Shown here piece after piece: positions 1 through 10,075 of a stretch of 64,000 nt of DNA. The stretch spans positions 425 through 64,424 of the forward strand of contig CADABA010000001.1 in the NCBI GenBank assembly GCA_902785985.1. Direction: 5' to 3'. Every line of letters starts with the position of its first letter. Position 1 is the first letter of the stretch. The notes under the pieces were generated by a model, which had not been told where the DNA came from, did no database searches, and was given only the letters and a program-made list of their open reading frames with translations. The position numbers and the translations under genes are program-made. The stretch is from an uncultured Lachnospiraceae bacterium (GTDB lineage: Bacteria > Bacillota > Clostridia > Lachnospirales > Lachnospiraceae).

Positions 1-100
1 CGTGTTTTCCAAATATCGCTAATTCGCACCCGACGATGTAATGACGGAGAATGTATCCCCATAATCGCCTTTATAATGATCAACACCGCTCTTTTTGCTC

Positions 101-1528
101 TCATCCGGGCAAGCCCTCCTTCGCCTTGTCCACTCTTGCTTTCAGCGCCGCCAATAATGCCTCCTGTGCGCCGTCTTTGCATTCCAGCGACCTGATCACG
201 TCCTCATCCGTACCACCCTGTACAATCAGCCTGTGAACGATCACGGGGAACTGCTGCCCCTGCCGGTGAAGTCTCTTGTTTGCCTGCTGATATTCTTCCA
301 GGCTCCATGTCAGTCCGAACCATATGACGTGATGCCCGCCGTCCTGAAGGTTCAGCCCGTAACCGCATGACGCGGGCTGTGCCAGTAATATGTCAATCTG
401 TCCGCTGTTCCAGTCCAGCTCATCCTCAGCCCCCCGATACACACGCACGCGCAACCCCGACTTTGCCAGGGCTGTTAAAAGGCGCTCCCTGTCATGCTTG
501 AAGTAGTAGTACACAAGTGCGTGCTGTCCGTTCAGCTGTTCCACCGTCTCCATGAACGCCTCAATCTTGCAGTCATGCACCTCCAGGGCCTCGCCGTTTT
601 CGTCGTACACCGCGCCATTGCAGAGCTGCAGGAGCTTTCCGGTAAGTGTTGCCGCCGTCGTTGCCGTGACAAGCTGTTCATCGTCCACGGTCAGAAGCAT
701 GGTCTTTTCAAGCTCCTGATAGGCCCTCTTTGCTTTCGGATCCAGCGCAACCGGAATATCATCAATGACCATATCCGGCAGCTGTAAATAATCCTCAGAT
801 TTCATGCTGATACAAATATCCTGAATCTTTCTGTATATCGCATCTGCCGCGCCGTCCTTTGGTGCATAGCTGAATATCGTTGTCCGGTTCCTTTTGTCCG
901 GAAGGAAATAGATCTCCCGGTAACATGAGATTGTGCGCCCCAAACGCTCACCGCCGTCCAGGAGATACACCTGTGCCCACAAATCCATCAGCCCATGCGG
1001 GGAAGGCGTGCCAGTCAGCTCGATCAATCTGCTGATCTTTGTTCTTACCGCTTTCAGAGCTTTGAACCTCTTAGCCTGATGATTTTTGAATGAGCTGCTT
1101 TCATCCAGAACAACCACATCGAACGGCCACTTGTTCCCGTAATGCTTTACAAGCCATTGTGTATTCTCGCGGTTGATAATATAAACGTCAGCATTTACAC
1201 CCAGGGCCTCGCACCTCTGCTTTTCGGATCCCAGGACAACCGATAACCGCAGGTCAGTCAGATGACTCCACTTTGCCGCCTCAGCGGACCATGTATTTTC
1301 TGCTACCTTCTTCGGGGCGATGACCAGGGCTTTGCGGATGGAGAACCGGAGATATTTCAAGCTGTGTAGCGCCGTCAACGTGCAGACCGTCTTTCCCAGT
1401 CCCATGTCCAGCCACGCACCCATATAAGGCAGCTCTATCATTTTGTCCGTGACATATTGCTGATATTTGTGCGGTCTGTATTCCTTCACCACTGACTCCT
1501 TTGCAAATAACCGTCCACCATAGCGCAT
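101..1528 (-). CDS. SNF2-family DEAD/DEAH-like helicase
   Basis: DMGLGKT (motif I), VVLDESS (II), LTGTP (III), QANKRLHRQGQ (VI); true start probably slightly downstream. Confidence 0.92.
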   Translation of the reverse strand: MRYGGRLFAKESVVKEYRPHKYQQYVTDKMIELPYMGAWLDMGLGKTVCTLTALHSLKYLRFSIRKALVIAPKKVAENTWSAEAAKWSHLTDLRLSVVLGSEKQRCEALGVNADVYIINRENTQWLVKHYGNKWPFDVVVLDESSSFKNHQAKRFKALKAVRTKISRLIELTGTPSPHGLMDLWAQVYLLDGGERLGRTISCYREIYFLPDKRNRTTIFSYAPKDGAADAIYRKIQDICISMKSEDYLQLPDMVIDDIPVALDPKAKRAYQELEKTMLLTVDDEQLVTATTAATLTGKLLQLCNGAVYDENGEALEVHDCKIEAFMETVEQLNGQHALVYYYFKHDRERLLTALAKSGLRVRVYRGAEDELDWNSGQIDILLAQPASCGYGLNLQDGGHHVIWFGLTWSLEEYQQANKRLHRQGQQFPVIVHRLIVQGGTDEDVIRSLECKDGAQEALLAALKARVDKAKEGLPG

Positions 1529-1788
1529 ACCCTTTCGATGCCTTCCTCGCTGTCGATGGAACTCATGACAATAAACCCCAGCGCCCGGAGCTGTCTCTGA
1601 ACATATTCCTGCCGGGGCCGTTCCTTTTTGCCCGGAGCTTTCAGCTCAACAAAGAACACCTCTCCCCCAGGCATGAGGACCATCCGATCAGGCACACCCG
1701 TGAAGCCGGGGCTTTCAAATTTCAGGCAGAGACAGCCCATCGCCTCAACTCGTTTTTTCAATTTCCGCTCGATATCTTTTTCGGCCAT
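1486..1788 (-). CDS. VRR-NUC domain nuclease
   Basis: EKDIE...GVPDR...FVELKAPG PD-(D/E)xK pattern; usual position next to SNF2 helicase; start set at MAEKD after an RBS. Confidence 0.88.
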   Translation of the reverse strand: MAEKDIERKLKKRVEAMGCLCLKFESPGFTGVPDRMVLMPGGEVFFVELKAPGKKERPRQEYVQRQLRALGFIVMSSIDSEEGIERVCAMVDGYLQRSQW

Positions 1789-1873
1789 CCGGTTCTTGCC
1801 TCCCTCAAAAAATTTTTCCCGCCCGTAAAAGTGAACACTCACGGACTTCGCGTGCTTTTGCCTCAGCCGTTTT

Positions 1874-2127
1874 ATTACATTTCGCGCACGCGCGTTATAG
1901 ACATGTACGGATGTGGGCGAACAGGCGGGATAAATACTCTCTATTTCTCTATTTCAATACCTCTATAGAAAATTTTGTAATTTTGTAATAAACCTTAGAA
2001 AACCCAGTAACCACGGGCATTACAGCAAATTACAAACCGATTCCGAAAATGTAATAATGTAATATGCCCTTATTACAAAATTACATTTTCAGAACGCTTG
2101 TAATGAACTTGTAATTTAATTTGTAAT
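1874..2127. repeat. AT-rich iteron-like array (TGTAAT/ATTACA, about 11-12 copies); putative replication origin 1
   Basis: Direct and inverted TGTAAT hexamers immediately downstream of the primase-helicase gene. Confidence 0.65.
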
Positions 2128-4548
2128 ATCGGATCCCCCAGTGATATAGCCTCTTTGCGCCGCGTAAGGCGCTCCACCATAAAACGGTTTTTCCGCTCTT
2201 TTCCACCCCGGCATACTCGCAATACACGCATTTATCTCTTTCCGATCCTGCGCTTTCATGTCCTTTTTGTTCGACATAAACATCTCGCACCATACCTCAA
2301 TCGGGCTTATCCGGTCTCTCTGCACCAGCTTGTAATCACCGTGCGCCGTCTGCGCCCAGAAGTCGCGCCGCCGGTCAAGATCCCACTTCAGCCAGTCATC
2401 CGGGACAGGCTTGCTCATGAAATCGTGAACCATGCCTTCCCAGGGCGATACGTCCCTGTGTTCCTCCTGATGCTCTTTCGCCGCATCCTCCAGCGCACCG
2501 GAAAGATAGAGCTGTTCCCCCATCTGCCATCTGACTTTCGCCTCAGCCCAGATCTGTGACACAACCTCATCCGTCAGATCCCGCCACACATTCAGACTGT
2601 GTAGCTTTTTGCCCACATCCACTGGCCAGAATCTCCGGTTCCCTGTCGTGTCCTGAAGGAAATCCATCTGATTACACGTCCCGAAGAACACGCATGACCG
2701 GGGCTGTTCCTTCATGTTGCGCCCGTATGCCGCCCGGTATCGGTCTGTTCTCAGGGAGAGAAACTGCTTGATGCGGGAGACCTCTGTGCGCCTGAACGCG
2801 TCCAGCTCTGCCACCTCCACGATCCAGACACCCGGCAAAAGCTCTGCCGTTTCCTTTCCCTCAAACGTCCGGATTGAGTCGTTGAACCATCCCCGGCTCA
2901 TCTTGTCCAGAAGGGTAGATTTTCCTATACCCTGCGGACCGCAGAGGATCAGCATATTATCAAACTTACATCCCGGCTCCATGGCACGCGCCACGGCTGC
3001 CACAAATGCTTTCCGGCATACCGCCCGCGTATAACCTGCCTCATCATCCTCGGCCCCCAGAAAGTCGATAAAGACCGTATCCAGGCGCGGCGTTCCGTCC
3101 CAGGTCAGGCCCTTTAAGAAGTCCTGAACCTCATTGAATGCGTGCATCGCCGCATGGATATCAAGCGCCGCGTCGATGTTTCCGCGTCCGGTGATTTGGT
3201 AGGCTTTCTCCAGATACCAGTAAAGGCCGTTGCTGTCCGTGTCGCTCCACAAGCGACGTTTTCCATCCGTGGCCCATGGAAGCTGCCCCAGGATCTCACC
3301 GCGCCCAGCGAACTGATTGAGCGCGAATTTCTGTTTGAGCATGGGATCGTTATCAAGAATGATCAGAATGTTGTCTATGGTCGGTTTTACCTGTCCGGTT
3401 TTGGCGTTCAGGTCAAGTTTCTGCATCCACTCCGTCGGATCATCAGCGACGTAGGAGAGCAGCCCCTCCATGTCCTGCATGGCTCTTTCCTGCCGTTCCT
3501 TTGCCATCAGCGCGGAACATAAAGGATCAGCCACAGCGAACTCACACATCGCCGTATAGGACGGGAGACGGTTATTCGGCGTGCCTGCCTGTGCCTCATC
3601 GTCCTTGTCCCCGAATTTGTGGAGACGGACCAGATCGAAACAGTTGACGAGCTTACCGCCGCATGGATCTGTTGCATGATGGGAGAATAAGAATTTGCCG
3701 TTGTCATAGACTACAGCGCCGCCGGTCGTACTGCCGCCCAGGTATGTGAACCTGTTTGGATCCGTGTCTACTGCCTCATAGATACCGGGGAGCAGCTTGT
3801 CCATGACGTTGAACACGTCACCATAAGCGCGGTTGAATGCACCCACGACACCCGGCTTTGCGTCCGGATCCCCCTGCTTCATTGCCAACTTCTGATAGCT
3901 GACAGCTCCGGGAACCTGCGGCCACGAAGAGAAATCCCTCCAGTCTGTGTAGCTTGCCAGTACACTGTCGGCCACCGCGAAGGGCTTATCCGCATACTGG
4001 AAAACATAGATACTGTCCACACAGCATGAAGGCCAGTACATCAGCCGGGACGGCTCAAACGTCGTAGGATCAGCCATCTGGATTCCGATTAGCGCGGCGA
4101 TCCGTCGTGCTATCGGCTCATATTCATCAGCTGATACCGTGCGATCCAAAGGAAACAGAAGGCGAAGGCGCGGAGCTGTTTCCAGGTGCTTGCGCGTGCT
4201 GTACACCGCAAACCCGTATCCCAGTGCGTCCGCTGCCTTGATCACGCCATCTGTGCCGTATGCGGGAATGGTATCAAAGTCCAGGGTAACAACGTCCCTG
4301 CCGGTTACGGCGGAGGCTTTACGCCTGCCGCCGTTAAGTGTTCCCGCCATGAAACCGCCAACGTCTTTAAGGTCATCCTGCTGTGCCTTTTTTAATGCAA
4401 GGTATTGTTGAATCGTTTCTGTACCCCTTGCCGGTACTTTGAGCTTTTCCCAAAGCTCACTGACAGCCAGCGTTTGCGGCTTCCAGTTCATATCTTTCCG
4501 GTTGTTCCCTACCGAAATAGTGAGCCGCCGGTCATACTGTAATTTCAT
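2116..4548 (-). CDS. Primase-polymerase / VapE(VirE)-like SF3 helicase fusion
   Basis: N-terminal LDFD and YSTRKH...PRLRLLFP primase-like motifs; C-terminal Walker A GPQGIGKST, VAELD, GTCN, TGNRRF. Confidence 0.88.
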   Translation of the reverse strand: MKLQYDRRLTISVGNNRKDMNWKPQTLAVSELWEKLKVPARGTETIQQYLALKKAQQDDLKDVGGFMAGTLNGGRRKASAVTGRDVVTLDFDTIPAYGTDGVIKAADALGYGFAVYSTRKHLETAPRLRLLFPLDRTVSADEYEPIARRIAALIGIQMADPTTFEPSRLMYWPSCCVDSIYVFQYADKPFAVADSVLASYTDWRDFSSWPQVPGAVSYQKLAMKQGDPDAKPGVVGAFNRAYGDVFNVMDKLLPGIYEAVDTDPNRFTYLGGSTTGGAVVYDNGKFLFSHHATDPCGGKLVNCFDLVRLHKFGDKDDEAQAGTPNNRLPSYTAMCEFAVADPLCSALMAKERQERAMQDMEGLLSYVADDPTEWMQKLDLNAKTGQVKPTIDNILIILDNDPMLKQKFALNQFAGRGEILGQLPWATDGKRRLWSDTDSNGLYWYLEKAYQITGRGNIDAALDIHAAMHAFNEVQDFLKGLTWDGTPRLDTVFIDFLGAEDDEAGYTRAVCRKAFVAAVARAMEPGCKFDNMLILCGPQGIGKSTLLDKMSRGWFNDSIRTFEGKETAELLPGVWIVEVAELDAFRRTEVSRIKQFLSLRTDRYRAAYGRNMKEQPRSCVFFGTCNQMDFLQDTTGNRRFWPVDVGKKLHSLNVWRDLTDEVVSQIWAEAKVRWQMGEQLYLSGALEDAAKEHQEEHRDVSPWEGMVHDFMSKPVPDDWLKWDLDRRRDFWAQTAHGDYKLVQRDRISPIEVWCEMFMSNKKDMKAQDRKEINACIASMPGWKRAEKPFYGGAPYAAQRGYITGGSDITN

Positions 4549-4584
4549 GCATTGCCTCTCCTTCAACTGTCAGTTGCTAATATA

Positions 4585-4636
4585 GTCGAATGAAATCAAC
4601 TATTTTGATTATAAGTCTAAAATAATCACCTGTCAA
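4585..4636 (-). promoter_or_regulatory. Consensus sigma-A promoter plus operator upstream of the primase-helicase
   Basis: Minus strand TTGACA (4636-4631), 17 bp spacer, TATAAT (4613-4608); operator-like GTCGAA-TGAA-ATCAAC at 4585-4600. Confidence 0.8.
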
Positions 4637-5000
4637 TCGGACAGGCTACTTTATTCAACTTTTATTCGTCATCTGGATGCCAGCAAAACGGACAACGCCT
4701 GCAGGCTTCGGACGGCTGATTTAGCGCCGAAAATTTCTCCGGTTTATCCCAGCTGCATTTAGCACACTTGATATACTCCCCGGTTGACTCGCGCCAACTC
4801 TGAGGCATATCCACCGCGCTGCCAATCGCCAGAATCCAAAAGACGATCAGAATCAAAATGAGCAATATCGCGATTGCCTTTATTACGGTTATTGCCATGT
4901 CTTGCCTTTCTTTCCTGTTTTGCGACACTGCATATCGCCTGGAATGCCGTGTCATCTCTATATCCGGATCCATTGTATCGGATTCCTCCGTATGCCATGG

Positions 5001-5333
5001 TCAGATGTCCCCCTCTTTTCTGTGCATGGATTTTTCCGTAGAGAAACCTTCCGGATACCGTTCCATCAGCTTTCTGATATTGACCTCCATCACCCATGAC
5101 ATTTCCACGTCAAGCGCGTCACACGCCTCCGCGATCATCCACAGGCAATCACCCAGCTCCTTGATCAGATGGTTATTGTCTGCCGGATGCCCCTGATATT
5201 CTTTCTGGAGGATTCCGGCTACCTCACCGGCCTCTGAATTCAGACCCAACACCGCATGAAATAGTCTGTCCCTCTTGCTCAGGTCCTTTGCCTGCGTCCG
5301 TCTTGCCTTTTCCTGATATTCCTGAACTGTCAT
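5001..5333 (-). CDS. MazG-like nucleoside triphosphate pyrophosphohydrolase
   Basis: EYQEKARRT...LGLNSEAGEV...KELGDCLW...NIRKLMERYPEGF; start set at MTVQEY. Confidence 0.85.
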   Translation of the reverse strand: MTVQEYQEKARRTQAKDLSKRDRLFHAVLGLNSEAGEVAGILQKEYQGHPADNNHLIKELGDCLWMIAEACDALDVEMSWVMEVNIRKLMERYPEGFSTEKSMHRKEGDI

Positions 5334-5404
5334 CTTATACATCCTTTCGCATTTTTCGCAGTCATTATTCGCCGCTCCAAAACATCTATAGCAACGTGTC
5401 TCCC

Positions 5405-5890
5405 TTACTTTCCAGCTTCGCCGGTGTCCGAGAGATCTTCGCCGCTTCCACCCCTGCATTCTTCGCAATGATCCACACCTTCCAATCCCGCCTGTGTAGC
5501 GATTGCCGCCACATCGTCCAGCTGCTTTTTCAGCAAATCGTTTTCTGCCCTGAGTATTGCCACCTCCTTGCATTTCTCAGCATAGAGATGATCCATCTCC
5601 CTGATCTGATCCGGTGTCAGTTCAAGCGCCCTGTATGCTTCCAGATCGTCATTCTTCCCTGACAAGAGTTTCTGTACCGTCTCCCTGGGAATCTCTGCCG
5701 TCAAAGCATTCTGAAACAGGTTCCTCTCAACCTCAGCCTTTATCAGATACCTCAAATCAGACATTTTCACCTGCGCTCTGTCCTCAGCGCCTAAAGCATC
5801 AGCCAATCCCATAGTTAAATCCTCCCTTTTAATCCTGCGAAATCGCGCATCGCTTTTTCTTCCTGTTCCTGTTTCTGACAGTACGGGCAT
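5405..5890 (-). CDS. Hypothetical phage protein (coiled-coil)
   Basis: ORF in a tightly packed operon; likely start at MGLAD. Confidence 0.55.
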   Translation of the reverse strand: MPVLSETGTGRKSDARFRRIKREDLTMGLADALGAEDRAQVKMSDLRYLIKAEVERNLFQNALTAEIPRETVQKLLSGKNDDLEAYRALELTPDQIREMDHLYAEKCKEVAILRAENDLLKKQLDDVAAIATQAGLEGVDHCEECRGGSGEDLSDTGEAGK

Positions 5891-6054
5891 ATATCAATCC
5901 AGTCATCCCCGACCTTCCTTGACCGCCATCCTGCCTGTTTCTTTGCTTCCACGGCATCGTAAAAATCCCATTCGTCATCCAGGTTATCGCCGCAGACATC
6001 GCATACCGGCGTGAATACCTCTTCGCCGTCCTCCCATCGCTTTTCTATTGCCAT
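5815..6054 (-). CDS. Small Zn-ribbon protein
   Basis: CDVC...CPYC. Confidence 0.6.
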   Translation of the reverse strand: MAIEKRWEDGEEVFTPVCDVCGDNLDDEWDFYDAVEAKKQAGWRSRKVGDDWIDICPYCQKQEQEEKAMRDFAGLKGRI

Positions 6055-6057
6055 CTT

Positions 6058-6453
6058 TCATTCCTCTCTGTAGACAAGGGCGGGATACCCGCTTTTATAG
6101 TTCTCCTCGATCCAGCTGAACTGATCCCGTGACAATGGAATGGATACCGTAGCATCAACGTCTGTCCGTTCCAAGTACATGAATCCGTCCTTAAAGAATG
6201 CATCGTACACACCGACCGGGACATTATTTGTCCGGATGATCATATGCTGAAGGATCTCAGCTCCCTTATAGAACCCGGCCAGATTGTCAGATGTGTTCAG
6301 CATGAGGAACAAATCATCCGCGTCATAGTGCTGCTCCTTTTCGTCCATCCGTTCCCGGTTTTCCCTCTGCCGTGTGTAGCTCACCGTCACCGCTGCCACT
6401 ATGATGACCACCGCCATGGCAGCGGCAGCCATCAGGATCTTGAAGTCTTTCAT
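6058..6453 (-). CDS. Hypothetical protein with N-terminal hydrophobic segment
   Basis: ILMAAAAMAVVIIVAAVTV segment; overlaps the upstream MTase stop codon. Confidence 0.55.
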   Translation of the reverse strand: MKDFKILMAAAAMAVVIIVAAVTVSYTRQRENRERMDEKEQHYDADDLFLMLNTSDNLAGFYKGAEILQHMIIRTNNVPVGVYDAFFKDGFMYLERTDVDATVSIPLSRDQFSWIEENYKSGYPALVYREE

Positions 6454-7223
6454 GTCTTGTACCCGGCTGCTTTCATCGGGGTTTCACCTCCTATCACTCT
6501 TTGCATAGCCCTTATTCTTTCCTGTGCCATCTCAAAATAGCTTTCATTCTGTTCCATACCTATAAAGTTTCTGCCTGATATCACACACGCAACGCCCGTT
6601 GATCCGGATCCCATACAGTTGTCAAGTATGGAGTCCCCCCCCTCCGTATAAGTCCGAATCAGGTATTCCAGAAGATCCACCGGTTTCTGTGTCGGATGCT
6701 TATAGGGCCTTTCCCTGTTCGTCCCAGGAGCCGCAAACCGGATCACGTCAATCGGGAACCTCTCACCGTTGCTTGCTGTCTGCGTGGGCTTTTGGGATCC
6801 GTAATTGGTGCTTGCCCTGCCGCTGATCGTCTTATAAGGCTTGAATCCGTGCCGCATCTGCGGATTATATGTGGGCTGTTTCCGGTAAAAGACGCATATG
6901 TTCTCATGAACTTTCAGCGGAGCCTTCTTTGCATTTAGGAATCCGGTTCCATTTGCCTTTTCCCAGATCCACTCATACTTGAAATCCCGCCTGTTGCTGT
7001 TTACCAGCTCTGCCGTGAACGGCATCTGTGAGAACAGTACGATTGCCCCTTCAGGCTTTACCAGACGCTCATATTCAGCCCATAGACGATCAAGGGGTAT
7101 AATCGTATCCCATCGGTTTCTTGTCGTGCCGTAGGGCAAATCACAAAGCACCATGTCTATGCTGCCGTCTGGGAGTCCCGGCATCAGATCCAGACAGTCA
7201 CCAAAATATAACTGCGCCGTCAT
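6450..7223 (-). CDS. DNA methyltransferase, N6-adenine/N4-cytosine beta class
   Basis: DLPY catalytic motif, HPTQKP, LDNCMGSGSTG SAM-binding motif. Confidence 0.92.
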   Translation of the reverse strand: MTAQLYFGDCLDLMPGLPDGSIDMVLCDLPYGTTRNRWDTIIPLDRLWAEYERLVKPEGAIVLFSQMPFTAELVNSNRRDFKYEWIWEKANGTGFLNAKKAPLKVHENICVFYRKQPTYNPQMRHGFKPYKTISGRASTNYGSQKPTQTASNGERFPIDVIRFAAPGTNRERPYKHPTQKPVDLLEYLIRTYTEGGDSILDNCMGSGSTGVACVISGRNFIGMEQNESYFEMAQERIRAMQRVIGGETPMKAAGYKT

Positions 7224-7355
7224 TGATCTGCTCCTTTTTCAAACCATTCCTCAGCCCGATGGGACAGCATCCAGATATCCCAGTCACGTTGTTTCACCGT
7301 GGCCCATTCGATAGTTCCGACAAAAGCCACAAATGCCAGAACCGCTGCAAGGACC

Positions 7356-7862
7356 TTAAAGAATACTTTTGTCCATTTCCACCTTTCCATGTCTCTCCTC
7401 TACCGCATATTGATTCTCAGAGGCAAGGTTTACGCCCAGGACTTCATCGAAATGCGGCTTGCCTCCTGGAATGTACCGGCCATACTTTACAATGATGCGC
7501 CGGTAATCTCCCAGCCAGTCAGTCCATCCGTTCTCCCGTGCCTCTTCCCGTGTGTAGCCTGTATAGATCACAATCGGATCGTCCGTCTCTTCGCGGAACC
7601 GTTTGATCAGGTTAAATACCTCCGGTGAGTCAAACGGTTCCAACCCCTGAAAACAAATTGCCTTTGTGATCGGATTATTCAGGTATCGTGATACAAGCCC
7701 CTCCATGCTTACACAGATATTTTCCATCTTTGCCAGCTCTGAATTCTGACACAGATCCTTTCCGCACTTGAATGAACACTTCGGAAACATAATCGTCATG
7801 CACGGCAGCTTATAATTCACAAAATCCTCATCAATAATCCCTTTCACTGCAATCTTACTCAT
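7356..7862 (-). CDS. nrdG: Anaerobic ribonucleotide reductase activase (radical-SAM-like)
   Basis: CSFKC...CQN cysteine cluster, GLEPF, LASENQYA; directly downstream of nrdD. Confidence 0.8.
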   Translation of the reverse strand: MSKIAVKGIIDEDFVNYKLPCMTIMFPKCSFKCGKDLCQNSELAKMENICVSMEGLVSRYLNNPITKAICFQGLEPFDSPEVFNLIKRFREETDDPIVIYTGYTREEARENGWTDWLGDYRRIIVKYGRYIPGGKPHFDEVLGVNLASENQYAVEERHGKVEMDKSIL

Positions 7863-9873
7863 CGTTTACGTTCTCCCATTCCCTCATGTGGTATTCCTCT
7901 TTGCGCTTTTCCGACCATGTTTTGATCTTCGTAAAGAATCCCACAATCCGGGTATACTCGCTATCTACCGGCTTCCCGCACTCAGGACAGATATCACCAT
8001 AGAATGCGTGGTTATTCTCGCAAGCCTGGATCCGTGGATTAAATGCGAAATAGGTAACGCCCTGATCCGCGATATAATTGATCAGATCCCATGCCTTTTC
8101 AAAGGAATCGAACGGCGCGTCAATATTGATATGCAGGATGGACCCGCCATTACAATACCTGTCGAACTCTGCCGCGATCCTCACGCGTTCCTGTATTGTT
8201 GTCTTGATACCAAGGGGAATAAACTGATTGCCGTAAAGTGGAAGATCGTAAATACCGCCGTTTGGATGGAAAAACTTATCCTTCCGCATCAGCTTGTCTG
8301 CAGCGCTTTCGCCCGGAATCTGCTCCGTGTTGACCTGGTAATCACAGTTGTACTTCTTGATAAAGTCATCTGCAGTCTGCCTCATCACCTGGAAGATTTT
8401 TTGTCCGAACCTGGACGCGTCCTCCGTGTAATAGATATTCCCGAACTCATCCATCCTTGTATACCCGAACTTTTTCAGGGTTTCATAGATGCCGATGAAT
8501 CCGACTGTGTTATACAGATGCTCAAAATCAATCAGCCCGTAACTGAAATTCGGGAGAATACCTTTCTCCACGTTCCGGCGAATGATATGCCTGACCGCAT
8601 CCAGCGCACACAAACAGATCCATGTCCGATGGTGTAGCACCTCCAGATATTCTTCCTCTGTCTCAGTGTCCAGTGCGATCCTTGCCAGATTGACGGTATT
8701 AACTTTCACGGATCCGACCTTCAGGGCTGTACCGCCGATAGAATTGAAATAGCCCAGATCCTCGATGTTTGACTTCAGGCGGCAACAGTTTGAAAGGGAA
8801 TTCACCGAATTATCCACAAAGAGATTGCTGTCATACCATTTCATGTTGTGCTTAACCGCCCACTTTGCGAATTCCTCATCCACGAACTTTCCATCCTGCC
8901 TCAGAAGGGAAATCGTGCTGACCGGGAATGTAAACATATTGATACTGCGGATATCGGACATTACGTCCATATACCATTTCTGAAAGTCGATGATCTGTTC
9001 CTCATAGTCGATCATGAATGAGCCGTCCGGGAATGTGGATCCACCGAAAAGGGCCTCATAATATTCATGATCAAAAACAGAAGTGTTTGTAAATGCGCTC
9101 TGTGATCCGTCCCTGACATAGGGCTGGTTCACAGCATAAATAAACCGCTGAAAATTCTGCTTCGCATAATATTTCTCATTGCCGCTTGTCCTGATCCCCA
9201 GATAATCGGATTCTACGTCCTTTTTCCAGAAATAGAACATATACGGCAGAATGTTCGGGAGACCAACCGCTCCGGATGTCCGGTTGCAGGTAAAGCTCAC
9301 GTATTCTTTCACGAAATCCACAAAGGTAGTCAGGTGTTTCGCCGCTTCCGGATTCTGACCCTCTATGAAAAACAGTCCTTTCTCAGCAAGATCCTTCAGA
9401 TCATAAGCGAAACAATACGGCCTGAAAGAAGAGGATGGCGCGTCATGCATGTACAGGATTCCCAGCCACTCCATCCATAACCATTCATTTGCCACATCCA
9501 ATCCGAATTTTTTTGCTATCTCATAATGAATCTTATTAAATGCCAGGAGCTTTGAATGGGGCTTCGGCATCTCGCGTTCCAATGTCACGATATCCTTACG
9601 AGATACATTCGCATTGCTGTCAACACTCGCATCAGCCACGGTCTCCTTGTCGATAAAGTTGTCGATAAAGTCCGTGTAGCTCAACTGACCCTCATTGAAT
9701 CCATTCAGTTTTGCCAGCTCTGGCCCAAACTTTGACTGCAATGCGTTATACTGTGATATAAACTCCTTAGACAGCTTGACATCTATTCGGAGTTTCGATT
9801 GTTTACTCCACAACCTCCATAAGCTAAGTATTTTTTGTAGCAGCATCGTTATCCTTCCTTGTTGTTTACCCAT
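7855..9873 (-). CDS. nrdD: Anaerobic (class III) ribonucleoside-triphosphate reductase, no ATP cone evident
   Basis: SNCCRL catalytic cysteines, EQIPGES, CENNH...CPECG Zn site, glycyl-radical motif TRIVGF; likely start near 9846. Confidence 0.92.
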   Translation of the reverse strand: MGKQQGRITMLLQKILSLWRLWSKQSKLRIDVKLSKEFISQYNALQSKFGPELAKLNGFNEGQLSYTDFIDNFIDKETVADASVDSNANVSRKDIVTLEREMPKPHSKLLAFNKIHYEIAKKFGLDVANEWLWMEWLGILYMHDAPSSSFRPYCFAYDLKDLAEKGLFFIEGQNPEAAKHLTTFVDFVKEYVSFTCNRTSGAVGLPNILPYMFYFWKKDVESDYLGIRTSGNEKYYAKQNFQRFIYAVNQPYVRDGSQSAFTNTSVFDHEYYEALFGGSTFPDGSFMIDYEEQIIDFQKWYMDVMSDIRSINMFTFPVSTISLLRQDGKFVDEEFAKWAVKHNMKWYDSNLFVDNSVNSLSNCCRLKSNIEDLGYFNSIGGTALKVGSVKVNTVNLARIALDTETEEEYLEVLHHRTWICLCALDAVRHIIRRNVEKGILPNFSYGLIDFEHLYNTVGFIGIYETLKKFGYTRMDEFGNIYYTEDASRFGQKIFQVMRQTADDFIKKYNCDYQVNTEQIPGESAADKLMRKDKFFHPNGGIYDLPLYGNQFIPLGIKTTIQERVRIAAEFDRYCNGGSILHINIDAPFDSFEKAWDLINYIADQGVTYFAFNPRIQACENNHAFYGDICPECGKPVDSEYTRIVGFFTKIKTWSEKRKEEYHMREWENVNDE

Positions 9874-10046
9874 TTGATAGCGTCAGTAAAATTCATTGCT
9901 TCGCCGTCCACCATAAGGACCGGCGCACTCATGAATCCCCGGCTGATCATCTCATCCACGTTTTCCGATATCCTGAATTCGATGTTCTTGTCCATGAGTT
10001 TCTGTGCCAACACCTTACAGCGCGGGCAATTCGTTGAATACATCAC
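9849..10046 (-). CDS. Glutaredoxin-like (NrdH-like) protein
   Basis: YSTNCPRC CxxC motif, SAPVL; adjacent to nrdD. Confidence 0.8.
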   Translation of the reverse strand: MMYSTNCPRCKVLAQKLMDKNIEFRISENVDEMISRGFMSAPVLMVDGEAMNFTDAIKWVNNKEG

Positions 10047-10075
10047 AACGTCCGTATCAATCCCCTCCTTCCTGA